54,467 nucleotides of DNA. It comes from a virus. Positions 16,520-25,186 of this stretch are shown in pieces. Location: IMG/VR virus record IMGVR_UViG_3300045988_123643. One strand, written 5' to 3'. Numbering within the stretch: position 1 is the stretch's first letter; the number at the start of each line of letters is the position of its first letter. A program made the position numbers and the translations under genes. The notes below the pieces were generated by a model. It saw only the letters and a program-made list of their open reading frames with translations. It did no database searches and had not been told where the DNA came from.

Positions 16520-17431
16520 CTATTCTCCTTTTTCTAGAAATATTTCTTTTCTTAATAATTCAACAGCACTTTCATCTTGCCAATAATCTCTATTAGTAAC
16601 TTCTTTTAACCTCATAGACTTATTCGGTCCAATGGTTGTAAGATAAGCTACTATTTCATCAAATGAAATAGTAGGGAAAGGTATCGCTACCAAAACATAA
16701 TACTCAATATTTTTTTTAATGGTGTAAGAAACTAAAAAACCATCGCAATCAGACATCAAATATACACCATCGGGAATCATTCGTTCTCTAGTTATCTTCC
16801 ATAGCTTAGGAACAACTTCTGAATCAGGTTTTTCAATCTGCTCTCTTATAGTATCATAAAGTTCATCTATCAGAAAGGTATAACCGAATTTTGCAAAAAG
16901 TATGATATATGCATTTTTCAACAACGCAACAGAAAGGCGTGTATCATCTACTTTTTTATTTTTATTCTCAATAGACAGCGCCATATCTTCCGCTAGTTGC
17001 TTCATATATTCACTTAATAAAGTAGGATTATTTTGTTTAAAGCTATTAGTCATTATCATACGCCCATCACTACAGACTTCTAATTGACCATTAAAAGTCT
17101 TATCAGCGACTTTAACTTTAACGTCCCTTTTTGTTCCTGGTATAAAAATAGAATTCTCATAGTTTTCAATTCTATTTATTAAGTAACAGTCCATAGATGA
17201 GCCACATGTATTATTACATTTTTTACATGTTAAGGCTATTCTTTTACCTCCTAATTTGTCTTGTGGTGCATCTTCTTGTGACAATTCATCCATTTGTTCA
17301 GCAGTGAACTTGTTCAAACACAAAGGACAAATGTATTCATTATTGTATGATGAAATATTAGCTAACCAACCTTTTTTATTTAATATATTAAGCTGTTTTT
17401 TAGACTTTTCAAAAAATGATTTTGTATCCAT
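16520..17431 (-). CDS. HNH-like zinc-finger protein with an unknown C-terminal domain; the first HNH histidine is replaced
   Basis: CPLC...SQEDAPQDKLGGKRIALTCKKCNNTCG parallels the HNH_5-type pattern CxxC...EHvpP..lGG...lTC..CNn.G, but reads ED where EH is expected. Confidence 0.5.
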   Translation of the reverse strand: MDTKSFFEKSKKQLNILNKKGWLANISSYNNEYICPLCLNKFTAEQMDELSQEDAPQDKLGGKRIALTCKKCNNTCGSSMDCYLINRIENYENSIFIPGTKRDVKVKVADKTFNGQLEVCSDGRMIMTNSFKQNNPTLLSEYMKQLAEDMALSIENKNKKVDDTRLSVALLKNAYIILFAKFGYTFLIDELYDTIREQIEKPDSEVVPKLWKITRERMIPDGVYLMSDCDGFLVSYTIKKNIEYYVLVAIPFPTISFDEIVAYLTTIGPNKSMRLKEVTNRDYWQDESAVELLRKEIFLEKGE

Positions 17432-17491
17432 ATCTTTTCAAATAAATATTTTTTGCAAAAATAAAAAAAACAACCTGCCAACGTTAAATAA

Positions 17492-17517
17492 GTTTCTATG
17501 TTTATAAACATAGAAAC
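17492..17517 (-). terminator. Perfect 26-bp palindrome GTTTCTATGTTTATAAACATAGAAAC separating the lysis cassette from the AbiH island
   Basis: 13+13 perfect inverted repeat in the 115-bp gap after the spanin stop. The T-tract is weak, so terminator function is inferred. Confidence 0.4.
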
Positions 17518-17546
17518 ACAAAAAAATCGCCATTTCTAAAATATAT

Positions 17547-18050
17547 TTATTTTAGGTATATATACACAAACACCCCTATAGCAATAAAAATAATGATTAC
17601 ATATATTTTATCTTTATGTAAATCCCACCAAGATAGTTCAATAACCTTCTCTCTTTGATTTAGTAAAGCATTCACCTTATTATTTATAGTATCAAGTCGA
17701 TTCGAGAACTGCTGCAAGGTAATGGATAATGTTTCATCAACTTCAGTCCTTTCCTGTTCTTGCTTAGAAACTTTAGTTATACTTTCTTTGACTACGTGCT
17801 GTTTACCGGCTGAATCCGGCGCTGAAAGATAAACAGTCGTATTCTCAATCTTAAGATCACTTAACCGATCATTTACAATCTTCGTTTGCTTACTAAGACC
17901 TATACGCAACTCTTCCATTACTTTCCGTAGATATTGAAATTCACCGGAGTAATCAGTTTGCTTATGCGTCTCAATATTGCGAGAAGACTTGCAGGACGAT
18001 AACCATATTGCTGACGCCAGCAAAATGATAATGTAGATTAATCGCTTCAT
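17547..18050 (-). CDS. Unimolecular spanin candidate (N-terminal lipoprotein signal plus C-terminal TM)
   Basis: Lipobox LLASAIWLSSC at the N-terminus, coiled-coil middle, C-terminal TM IYVIIIFIAIGVFVYIYL. ATGA overlap with the amidase gene. Confidence 0.55.
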   Translation of the reverse strand: MKRLIYIIILLASAIWLSSCKSSRNIETHKQTDYSGEFQYLRKVMEELRIGLSKQTKIVNDRLSDLKIENTTVYLSAPDSAGKQHVVKESITKVSKQEQERTEVDETLSITLQQFSNRLDTINNKVNALLNQREKVIELSWWDLHKDKIYVIIIFIAIGVFVYIYLK

Positions 18051-18541
18051 GGTCGGATAACAGTATTACGCAAGAAATTAGGGAATTCGGAGCGTACATC
18101 AAAACAGGGGCACGCCTTGATATATTCTTTCGGCTCTACCTCACCGCTGCCGTCCAGATCCGGAGAAGCATCACGGTGTCCAAGCACTTCAATTATAAGA
18201 TATTCCTTACAGAGCTTTGCTACCAGCTCACGTAAACTAGCTCTTTGAGCGGGTGTCCGTGTATCAGCAGGTTTTCCGTTCGCATCAAGTCCACCGATAT
18301 AGCAGATACCTATCGAATGCTTATTGTATGATATGCCAGAGAATCCCTTTGTGCTACAATGCGCCCCATCGATGCTTAACGACCGTCCATCCTCAACCAT
18401 TCCGTCAAGGTCAATGATGAAGTTATAACCGATCTGGCTGAATCCCCTTTGTTTGTGCATCCGGTCAATATCCTTCGCACGTAAATCTTGCTCGGCACGT
18501 GTTGCTGAGCAATGGATGATAATAGCATCAATTTTCTTCAT
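18047..18541 (-). CDS. N-acetylmuramoyl-L-alanine amidase endolysin (Amidase_2/PGRP type)
   Basis: IIIHCSATRA...GYNFIIDLDG...GAHC...NKHSIGICYIGG are classic Amidase_2 motifs. Confidence 0.85.
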   Translation of the reverse strand: MKKIDAIIIHCSATRAEQDLRAKDIDRMHKQRGFSQIGYNFIIDLDGMVEDGRSLSIDGAHCSTKGFSGISYNKHSIGICYIGGLDANGKPADTRTPAQRASLRELVAKLCKEYLIIEVLGHRDASPDLDGSGEVEPKEYIKACPCFDVRSEFPNFLRNTVIRP

Positions 18542-18672
18542 TTTTTCTCCTCCTTATTCTTTGTTATTGGGCCAATCTTTACCAAATTGACACGGAAAAT
18601 GATAGCTATCAAAATGGCTGTTCCTAGCCAATGCCAAGAATCTTGAAAAATAAACTCCAATACTTCAATCAT
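18538..18672 (-). CDS. Possible 44-aa single-TM lysis accessory protein (holin partner or antiholin)
   Basis: Hand translation gives MIEVLEFIFQDSWHWLGTAILIAIIFRVNLVKIGPITKNKEEKK. ATGA overlaps with both the holin stop and the amidase start. Confidence 0.4.
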   Translation of the reverse strand: MIEVLEFIFQDSWHWLGTAILIAIIFRVNLVKIGPITKNKEEKK

Positions 18673-19127
18673 TTTGCACCTCCTTTTTGTAAGTAGTTCG
18701 TTAGATAAGGGATATTCTTTATAAACTCGACACTTAATACATAGTGCAAGAAAGCTACCACCTTGTAACCATTGCTAGAGTTAGGGAGAATTTCTTTGAT
18801 ATTCCTCAGAATATTTACCCCGTAGAAATAGAAAACGCTATACGTAATAAATGAGACACATTGAAGTGCACCTTCCGGATTTCCTTTGTGTTCACCAATA
18901 AAATAGATACAACTAACTAAGGCAAAGAAAATAGTTGCTTCTACGATGCATCTCCAAGCCTTTTTAAAAGAAAAGCTTTCATGATTGATTAGTAGGGCAG
19001 TAAGAAGCCCACAAATGAAGTTGAGGGCAAATACTGCAATAAGGCTTTTGATCTCCCCAGAGATAGGATTGAGATAGGCAGCTATGCCGGTAATCAATCC
19101 AATAAGTAGGTTTTTGAAATAATCCAT
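18669..19127 (-). CDS. Holin candidate (multi-TM)
   Basis: 152-aa protein with four hydrophobic helices, immediately upstream of the endolysin. Confidence 0.6.
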   Translation of the reverse strand: MDYFKNLLIGLITGIAAYLNPISGEIKSLIAVFALNFICGLLTALLINHESFSFKKAWRCIVEATIFFALVSCIYFIGEHKGNPEGALQCVSFITYSVFYFYGVNILRNIKEILPNSSNGYKVVAFLHYVLSVEFIKNIPYLTNYLQKGGAK

Positions 19128-19153
19128 AATTATTTATCTAAAATATTAATACT

Positions 19154-19351
19154 TCATTTCAATACCTCGCTACAATCATCAATAGCAGTCTGGAATACCT
19201 GTTTCACTTCCTCGGGAGTCAACCCATGATCCTCATGCAGAGAAAAGCCAGTCACTCCGTTTTTCGATATATTAAAGAATCCGACAACTGTTTCATCATT
19301 AGAAATTTCAGCTGTGACATCTTTTACCGTCTCAGTGCCGCGAGTTGACAT
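19154..19351 (-). CDS. Hypothetical 65-aa protein
   Basis: ORF in line with the late operon. Confidence 0.45.
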   Translation of the reverse strand: MSTRGTETVKDVTAEISNDETVVGFFNISKNGVTGFSLHEDHGLTPEEVKQVFQTAIDDCSEVLK

Positions 19352-19414
19352 CCTGTACTTGATCTTTATCTGTAGTAACCTTTGATACTGCTGTACTGTT
19401 AGTTGCTTTAATAT

Positions 19415-19738
19415 TCATTCTTTACCTCCTTTTTCTATTAAGTCATAAATCTGTCCATAAACGCCAGCGGTGAAAAATTCCGCACAAATCTCCTTTAGGA
19501 GAGTAGCATCGTCTGTTTCAATATCAAGCATACCTCGGTTGTTGATAATTTGCTGCATCATTTTATAAGCACGTAATTTTTTAGCCATATCCATTCCTAG
19601 CTGAGCATTCATGCCGGCAGCATACAAGGCTTCTGAGATCATATCACGAAGAGGTTTCTTCCTCTCCTTACCATCGACTAATTCAACTGCTTCCTGACCT
19701 TTGTGATCAAGCAAGTTCCGGTTTAAATTTACTTTCAT
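19415..19738 (-). CDS. Hypothetical 107-aa protein
   Basis: ORF in line with the late operon. Confidence 0.5.
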   Translation of the reverse strand: MKVNLNRNLLDHKGQEAVELVDGKERKKPLRDMISEALYAAGMNAQLGMDMAKKLRAYKMMQQIINNRGMLDIETDDATLLKEICAEFFTAGVYGQIYDLIEKGGKE

Positions 19739-19754
19739 AATTATACTTTCAAAA

Positions 19755-22700
19755 TTAATATTGTGAACACTCTACAATCATTCCTTTTATAATGTGAATC
19801 TTCATGTTTTTAGAGGCAATACCATCTAATTGATTATTTTTAAGTCCATAAAGCCATGCATCGGATACGACTGAAACAGAATTTCCACTATTGTCTTGAG
19901 GAAAAAAGCCCCTGGCGGAAACATCACCTAATACAGTAACATTACCATCGAAGAAACCTGCGTAAACGTAGTTCGATGGATAAGTCGGATTTGTCTTTGA
20001 TGAACCATATATCGCTGCACTACCACCAGCATTTGCTCCGATTGCTGCTACTCCAAAGCGCCCGTCTGTAGCGGGATTGAAGATCACATTAACAACGCCC
20101 TCTTTAGATGTTCCGGACCCTAATTTTAAGCTACGTGACGTCCCACCGAAATAATCGGAACGTGTCCAAATAAGACGTCCTTTTTCAATAGTAAATCCAC
20201 CTACAAATCCAACCTCAGCATCAATTCGTCGTACTTTAATCAAGTCAGTATTAAGATAACCTCCTATGATAATAGTACTACCGAGCTGCGCAGCTTCAAC
20301 GGCATCTTTAAAAGCCAATCCGCCTAAACCGTCTCTGTCTACTTTAGAATTAATCACCGTCTGCAGATCACTATGAAGCGCAGTAATAGTAACAGCACCT
20401 TCCAAATTGATCTTAGATGAATGGATTGTTGTTGCTCCAGCTGCTTGGTTGATATAAGATATAAGCGTATTTCCATTTTCCAGTTCTTTAGAAGCATATA
20501 TCCTGTTACCGTCTGCAGTGGTAATCCATCCGGCTGTATCAATACGTTGTGTAATGCTATCTACACGTGTTACTTGTGCGGATATTCTATCGCTCAATAT
20601 ATCTAATTCTGCCTTGTTATCGTCGGCGAACTGTTTGAGCGCATCCTGTATTGATTGATTAGCTGCTTCGACGGCTGTATTGAAACTGGCTAAAGTTGAG
20701 TTAAAGAGAGCGAATTTATCATCAACGTTTTTTTTCTCTGCAGTAGTGGTCTGTCCGTCAGCAATAGCAACGTTGATTGCTGCGAGGAGATTGTCGATAG
20801 CCCCAAAGAGAGAGATTTTAGCATTGAGTAGGTTAGTCTTGGCAACACCGACCAAATAAGTATTTACATACAGCTTGTTGTATGTTGCTTCGACAGAGGC
20901 TTTCGTATTCTTGACTGTATTGATATATTTCTCAATAGCTTTAGCTTCTGCTTCTGATATAATACCGTCGGCAAACGCACCGTCTACATATTCATGTAAA
21001 TCACTAACATCACCGTTTACTTTTTCAGCGGCTTTTGTCGCATCTGCCGCATCCTGTAACGCTTCCAGTGCTTTTTTCATAGCATCATCGGCGAAAGACT
21101 TTAACTTGTCTTGTATGGACTTATTAGCTTCTTCGACAGCAGTATTAAAGTCAGCATAAGCATTGTTGAAGCTTGCAAACTGTGTATCAACAGCCTGTTT
21201 TTCGTCTGGAGTAGTAAGCTTGTCTGCAATGGCGGTATTTATTGCATTTATCAATCTTTCTATGGAGCCCATCAGCGTAACCTTTGCATTAAGCAGGTTT
21301 GTTTTTGCGACTCCGGTTAAGTATGTATTTACATACAGCTTGTTGTATGTCGCTTCTACAGCTGCTTTTGCATTGTTAACTGTGTTGATGTACTTTTCGA
21401 TAGCACTAGCTTCCGCCTCGGATATTACACCGTCAGCAAATGCACCATCTACATAATTATTTAGATTGGATACTGCATTGTTTGCTTCGCTAGCACTCTT
21501 GGCTGCCGCATTGGCTGCTTCCATAGCAGCAGTGGCCTCTCTTAGTGCTTCTTCTGAATAACCTTTCAAGGCATCGTGTATCGCTTTATTTGCTGTTTCT
21601 ACGGCAGCGGTGAAGTCGGCATACGCAGAATTAAACAGGACATACTTATCATCAACGTCTTTCTTTTCTGCTACGGTTGTCTGCCCGTCGGCAATGGCGG
21701 TATTGATAGATTTGATAAGGTTCTCAATGCTTCCCATCAGCGTAACCTTTGCATTGAGCAACCCGGTTTTGGCCGTTCCTGAGAGATAAGGATTTACATA
21801 CAGTTTATTGTATGTCGCTTCTACAGCTGCTTTCGCATTGTTTACTGTGTTGATATACTTTTCGATAGCTTTAGCTTCCGCCTCAGTGATAATGCCGTCA
21901 GCAAATGCACCGTCGATATAGTCATGCAGACCTCCCACAGCATCGTTTGCATCAGCTGCAGACTTCTGAATAGAATCGATCAGATCGCTTACTTCAAGCC
22001 ATTCTTCCAAATTCTCTAATCCGGAGGAGCCTGCTTTAATTTGGATATTTCCACCTATTTCTCCTTTAACCAGGTCGAAGTATGTCTTTCCGTCCGGTGA
22101 GATGATTCGTTCAGTTGTTACGCGGCCCGGCAGAATTTCAGTGAATCCATACAACTCAACGAAGCTGCGTTCACCTTCATACTCACTGTTTAGGATACCA
22201 GTTAGTAAGTGATAATATCCTGCTATCTGTTCTATTTTGATAGCTGTTTCACTGAGAAGGAATGTGCCGGTCTGATTCTCCTTGCTGCATACAGCATACA
22301 GATAATATTTCTTCTCTGGGGCAATGAGCGCCGGAGAATTATATTCAGCCATATCCCAAAATTTGTATTCGCTAGCTTTGTGTTCAGACGACACAGTTTT
22401 TATCCCTAGCGTCATATGTTGGATAATGCCGGCAGGCGAATGTAGAACTTTAGTACTGATATTGTAAGTAATGTTATGCGATACTTGTACCGGGACTGCT
22501 TTTGATCTGACAAAGCGGAACTGCAAACTTTCATCACCTACGAGTAACTGCATCGTCTGTATAGTGATGGGATTTATTGAACCGGAGAAGTTCAATAAAG
22601 CATCTTCAAGCATGGACATAGTTTCTTTTGCATCACGAAAACGGCGTTTGGTAAATCGCAAAGAATCTTTATACTTGATATCTACGTCTACTTCATTTGT

Positions 22701-24182
22701 CTCGATCTTATCTAATTCGCTGGTTACGGAAGTACCAACTGGATCATTTGATAATTCTATTTCCGGAGAATAAGGGTTGTTCACATAACGTTTAATTCCT
22801 ATCATGCGAATAAGTGAACCTTTTGGATGAAACTGGGTATCGGAGAAGTTTACATAACCACCCAGCACAATCTTGCCGCCTATTTCTAACCAACGCTTCT
22901 TTGCCCAGATACCGTCCAATGTCCCGGTAAATACGAATGATTTATCTTCATGCTCAAAGAGGTATTTAGCAGCTTCCTTAAACACTTCCCAGCTAGCGCC
23001 TGTCTGCTCTTCATCATTACAGATATATGAGTACGGTAGCTGGATACCAAATACTGCGTAGGTATCGCCAGTCTTAGGATGCCAGACATCAGGTTCCGGC
23101 ATAGTGATACCGTCGATTTCCTGTGGAACTATTTCAAAACGTCTACCTGCTTTCTCTATTTCTCCATCCTCTTTAAGAATGGGCTCATGGATATACTTGA
23201 CTTCAAACTCTTTGCCTGTCAGTATACCTGTTTGGAAGATAACGGTCATAGTTTCTCCGGCTATCAAACATTTCTTAAAATCAAGATCGTTAGGTATATC
23301 GCTATCTACAAAATCATAGAAGTTATTCTCCTTATTAACCTCAATAACAGAGCTAACAGTACCAACGCGAGAAGGATAGATTGCAGTGCAGTCTAGACTA
23401 TCCTCTTTACCTGTAACTAGGCTTTTATCAGCACGCATGACGCTGATTCCATCCGCATCTGTTATGTACGTCCTGCCTTCATAAACAAGAGTCTTAGCCT
23501 TTGGAAGTAATAGATATTTAGCTCCGTATGTCGAGTAATTGATATTTCGATCAGAAGTTTCTACGAGGACAATTTCGGGCGGTATATCTCCGGATTCCCG
23601 GCCAACCCCGACCTTGAAACCGTGTCCTTTACCATACGACAGTTTCAAAGGATTATTCTTGTTATATTCAACCTTACGAAGATGAACTGTTTTGTCAGTT
23701 ATCTGCCATTCAGTTTCATACGTATCTGCAAGTTGATTAAGGGCATCAAGAATATATGTGTGATTATAGTTGATGACTTTATCCGTTCCTTCGATGCAGT
23801 CACCTATTTTCCAACCAATATCGCGACGATTTAGGTTCTCAACGAGTAGTCGCAGGTGTTCATGTGCTTTAGCTGTATATGCGAATTTGATACTATTATC
23901 TGCAATATGACGAACTTTCCACATCATAGCATCCGCTTTTGCCGTTTCAAGTATAAGCGTATATTCAAAGTTGCGCTCACCTTTCTTTTTGAAGTTACTA
24001 TCTTTTTTGAGAGAATAACGTTTTCCGTAGAAGTCACACCAAGTTCCGACCTGTATTTCTAAGTATCCAGGATAGGAAAAATACAAATTAAGTGTATCCT
24101 CTGCCATGATCGCTTCGTAAGAGTAACTTTCGTCCTTTACATCGAGCTTTATTTCCTTGCTACCATTATATAGAATTATCAT
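19755..24182 (-). CDS. Tal-like tail tip/host-specificity protein with 2.8 copies of a 155-aa internal repeat
   Basis: N-terminal region typical of siphophage tail-associated (prophage tail endopeptidase-like) proteins. The repeat DGAFADG[IV]I[ST]EAEA.AIEKYINTV...KLYVN.YL occurs three times. 1475 aa. Confidence 0.7.
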   Translation of the reverse strand: MIILYNGSKEIKLDVKDESYSYEAIMAEDTLNLYFSYPGYLEIQVGTWCDFYGKRYSLKKDSNFKKKGERNFEYTLILETAKADAMMWKVRHIADNSIKFAYTAKAHEHLRLLVENLNRRDIGWKIGDCIEGTDKVINYNHTYILDALNQLADTYETEWQITDKTVHLRKVEYNKNNPLKLSYGKGHGFKVGVGRESGDIPPEIVLVETSDRNINYSTYGAKYLLLPKAKTLVYEGRTYITDADGISVMRADKSLVTGKEDSLDCTAIYPSRVGTVSSVIEVNKENNFYDFVDSDIPNDLDFKKCLIAGETMTVIFQTGILTGKEFEVKYIHEPILKEDGEIEKAGRRFEIVPQEIDGITMPEPDVWHPKTGDTYAVFGIQLPYSYICNDEEQTGASWEVFKEAAKYLFEHEDKSFVFTGTLDGIWAKKRWLEIGGKIVLGGYVNFSDTQFHPKGSLIRMIGIKRYVNNPYSPEIELSNDPVGTSVTSELDKIETNEVDVDIKYKDSLRFTKRRFRDAKETMSMLEDALLNFSGSINPITIQTMQLLVGDESLQFRFVRSKAVPVQVSHNITYNISTKVLHSPAGIIQHMTLGIKTVSSEHKASEYKFWDMAEYNSPALIAPEKKYYLYAVCSKENQTGTFLLSETAIKIEQIAGYYHLLTGILNSEYEGERSFVELYGFTEILPGRVTTERIISPDGKTYFDLVKGEIGGNIQIKAGSSGLENLEEWLEVSDLIDSIQKSAADANDAVGGLHDYIDGAFADGIITEAEAKAIEKYINTVNNAKAAVEATYNKLYVNPYLSGTAKTGLLNAKVTLMGSIENLIKSINTAIADGQTTVAEKKDVDDKYVLFNSAYADFTAAVETANKAIHDALKGYSEEALREATAAMEAANAAAKSASEANNAVSNLNNYVDGAFADGVISEAEASAIEKYINTVNNAKAAVEATYNKLYVNTYLTGVAKTNLLNAKVTLMGSIERLINAINTAIADKLTTPDEKQAVDTQFASFNNAYADFNTAVEEANKSIQDKLKSFADDAMKKALEALQDAADATKAAEKVNGDVSDLHEYVDGAFADGIISEAEAKAIEKYINTVKNTKASVEATYNKLYVNTYLVGVAKTNLLNAKISLFGAIDNLLAAINVAIADGQTTTAEKKNVDDKFALFNSTLASFNTAVEAANQSIQDALKQFADDNKAELDILSDRISAQVTRVDSITQRIDTAGWITTADGNRIYASKELENGNTLISYINQAAGATTIHSSKINLEGAVTITALHSDLQTVINSKVDRDGLGGLAFKDAVEAAQLGSTIIIGGYLNTDLIKVRRIDAEVGFVGGFTIEKGRLIWTRSDYFGGTSRSLKLGSGTSKEGVVNVIFNPATDGRFGVAAIGANAGGSAAIYGSSKTNPTYPSNYVYAGFFDGNVTVLGDVSARGFFPQDNSGNSVSVVSDAWLYGLKNNQLDGIASKNMKIHIIKGMIVECSQY

Positions 24183-24235
24183 ATTGTCTGATTAGAATTA
24201 TAATCTAAAATATAATCAGGTATGTGTTTTTAATG

Positions 24236-24763
24236 CTATTCAAATAATAGTTTTTCCGGATAACCTACTGTGTAATCATACTCTTCAATCTGCGACACGA
24301 TATACATCTTTTTTATAGCTGCAAGATGCATCTGTGTCACATTATAGCAGTCGAGGGCATATAATTCTAGAGAATTTAACATTGCTAATGCGTTAAGAAT
24401 AGGAATAGTATACTTCACACCATCGAACCACAACACTGTTTCGGTCCTTCCCATGTCTTGTTCTATTAAAATAGAGTTCTTCAAACCAACTCGAGTATCC
24501 TTATCAAGCCACATTTCTTTCCCACTCAAAGTAAACGAATTAACCGCCTTTGACTTGTCATACAGCAAGATACGATTTACCTTCATTTCTTTTGTTTCAT
24601 CAATGGAATACTCATGTTCTACCAAAATGGGAACACCATTATCACCTTCGTAAATTTCTTTTCCTTCAGACTGACCTTCTAACAAATCATTGTAATAGTC
24701 GTCCTCAATTTCTACCGAACCCTTAATTGGTTCATCGTAAAATCCTTGTTTCCAGTATTTCAT
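24236..24763 (-). CDS. Tail-fibre assembly/chaperone-like protein (DUF4376-like)
   Basis: 175-aa ORF directly downstream of the fibre locus. The pattern ...FTLSGKEMWLDKDTRVGLKNSI... resembles DUF4376 proteins as I recall them. Confidence 0.45.
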   Translation of the reverse strand: MKYWKQGFYDEPIKGSVEIEDDYYNDLLEGQSEGKEIYEGDNGVPILVEHEYSIDETKEMKVNRILLYDKSKAVNSFTLSGKEMWLDKDTRVGLKNSILIEQDMGRTETVLWFDGVKYTIPILNALAMLNSLELYALDCYNVTQMHLAAIKKMYIVSQIEEYDYTVGYPEKLLFE

Positions 24764-24798
24764 AATACATTCATTTAGTTATTTGTTTATATAAAATT

Positions 24799-24821
24799 AG
24801 TTCTCTTGGTACTACGTACGC
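24799..24821. repeat. Inverted repeat, left: AGTTCTCTTGGTACTACGTACGC
   Basis: 21/23 identical to the reverse complement of 25480..25502. Confidence 0.85.
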
Positions 24822-25149
24822 AAAATCTGACTTTTCAAATGTTGGAACTAAGTCACTTGGGCAAAACGGTTATTATAAGTTTCCTGACGGCCTGCTTATT
24901 CAATGGGGAAAAAAGACGAGTGGCACTTACTCTGGAACAATATATTTCCCCTCTTCATTCTATGACACAAATTATTCTCTGCACTTGACTTGTAATAATG
25001 GAAATACAGGTAATGATTCATCGTGGATAGCTAACTATACTTCTGTTTCAACTGGTTCTTTTGGATATAATAATAAATATCAGCAAGCTGCCAATGCAGG
25101 TTCTAATACAGCCTCTTTCTATTGGTTTGCTATTGGTCGTTGGAAATAA
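24799..25149 (+). other. Silent alternative tail-fibre C-terminal cassette (116 codons plus stop, no start codon, no Met at all)
   Basis: Open frame AGT TCT CTT GGT...TGG AAA TAA translating to SSLGTTYAKSDFSNVGTKSLGQNGYYKFPDGLLIQWGKK...ASFYWFAIGRWK*. Collinear with the last 116 aa of the fibre (SSLGTTYALKDFSNIGVKSLGQNGYRKYDDGLLIQWGYS...IAFYWFAIGRWK*). Absent from the ORF track because it has no start codon. Confidence 0.8.
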
Positions 25150-25186
25150 GGTTACTTCCAACGACCAATAGCGAACCAATAAAAAG
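25115..25186. repeat. 31-bp-arm imperfect palindrome at the tail-to-tail junction of the two fibre cassettes
   Basis: CTTTCTATTGGTTTGCTATTGGTCGTTGGAA (25115..25145) versus the reverse complement of 25156..25186 (29/31), with a 10-nt loop ATAAGGTTAC. Both arms encode FYWFAIGRWK. Confidence 0.85.

Noticed and set aside
24806-24988. 60-aa plus-strand ORF across the silent cassette
   Set aside because: It is in the wrong frame. The frame beginning at 24799 gives a 116-codon product collinear with the fibre C-terminus, whereas this frame gives an unrelated peptide.
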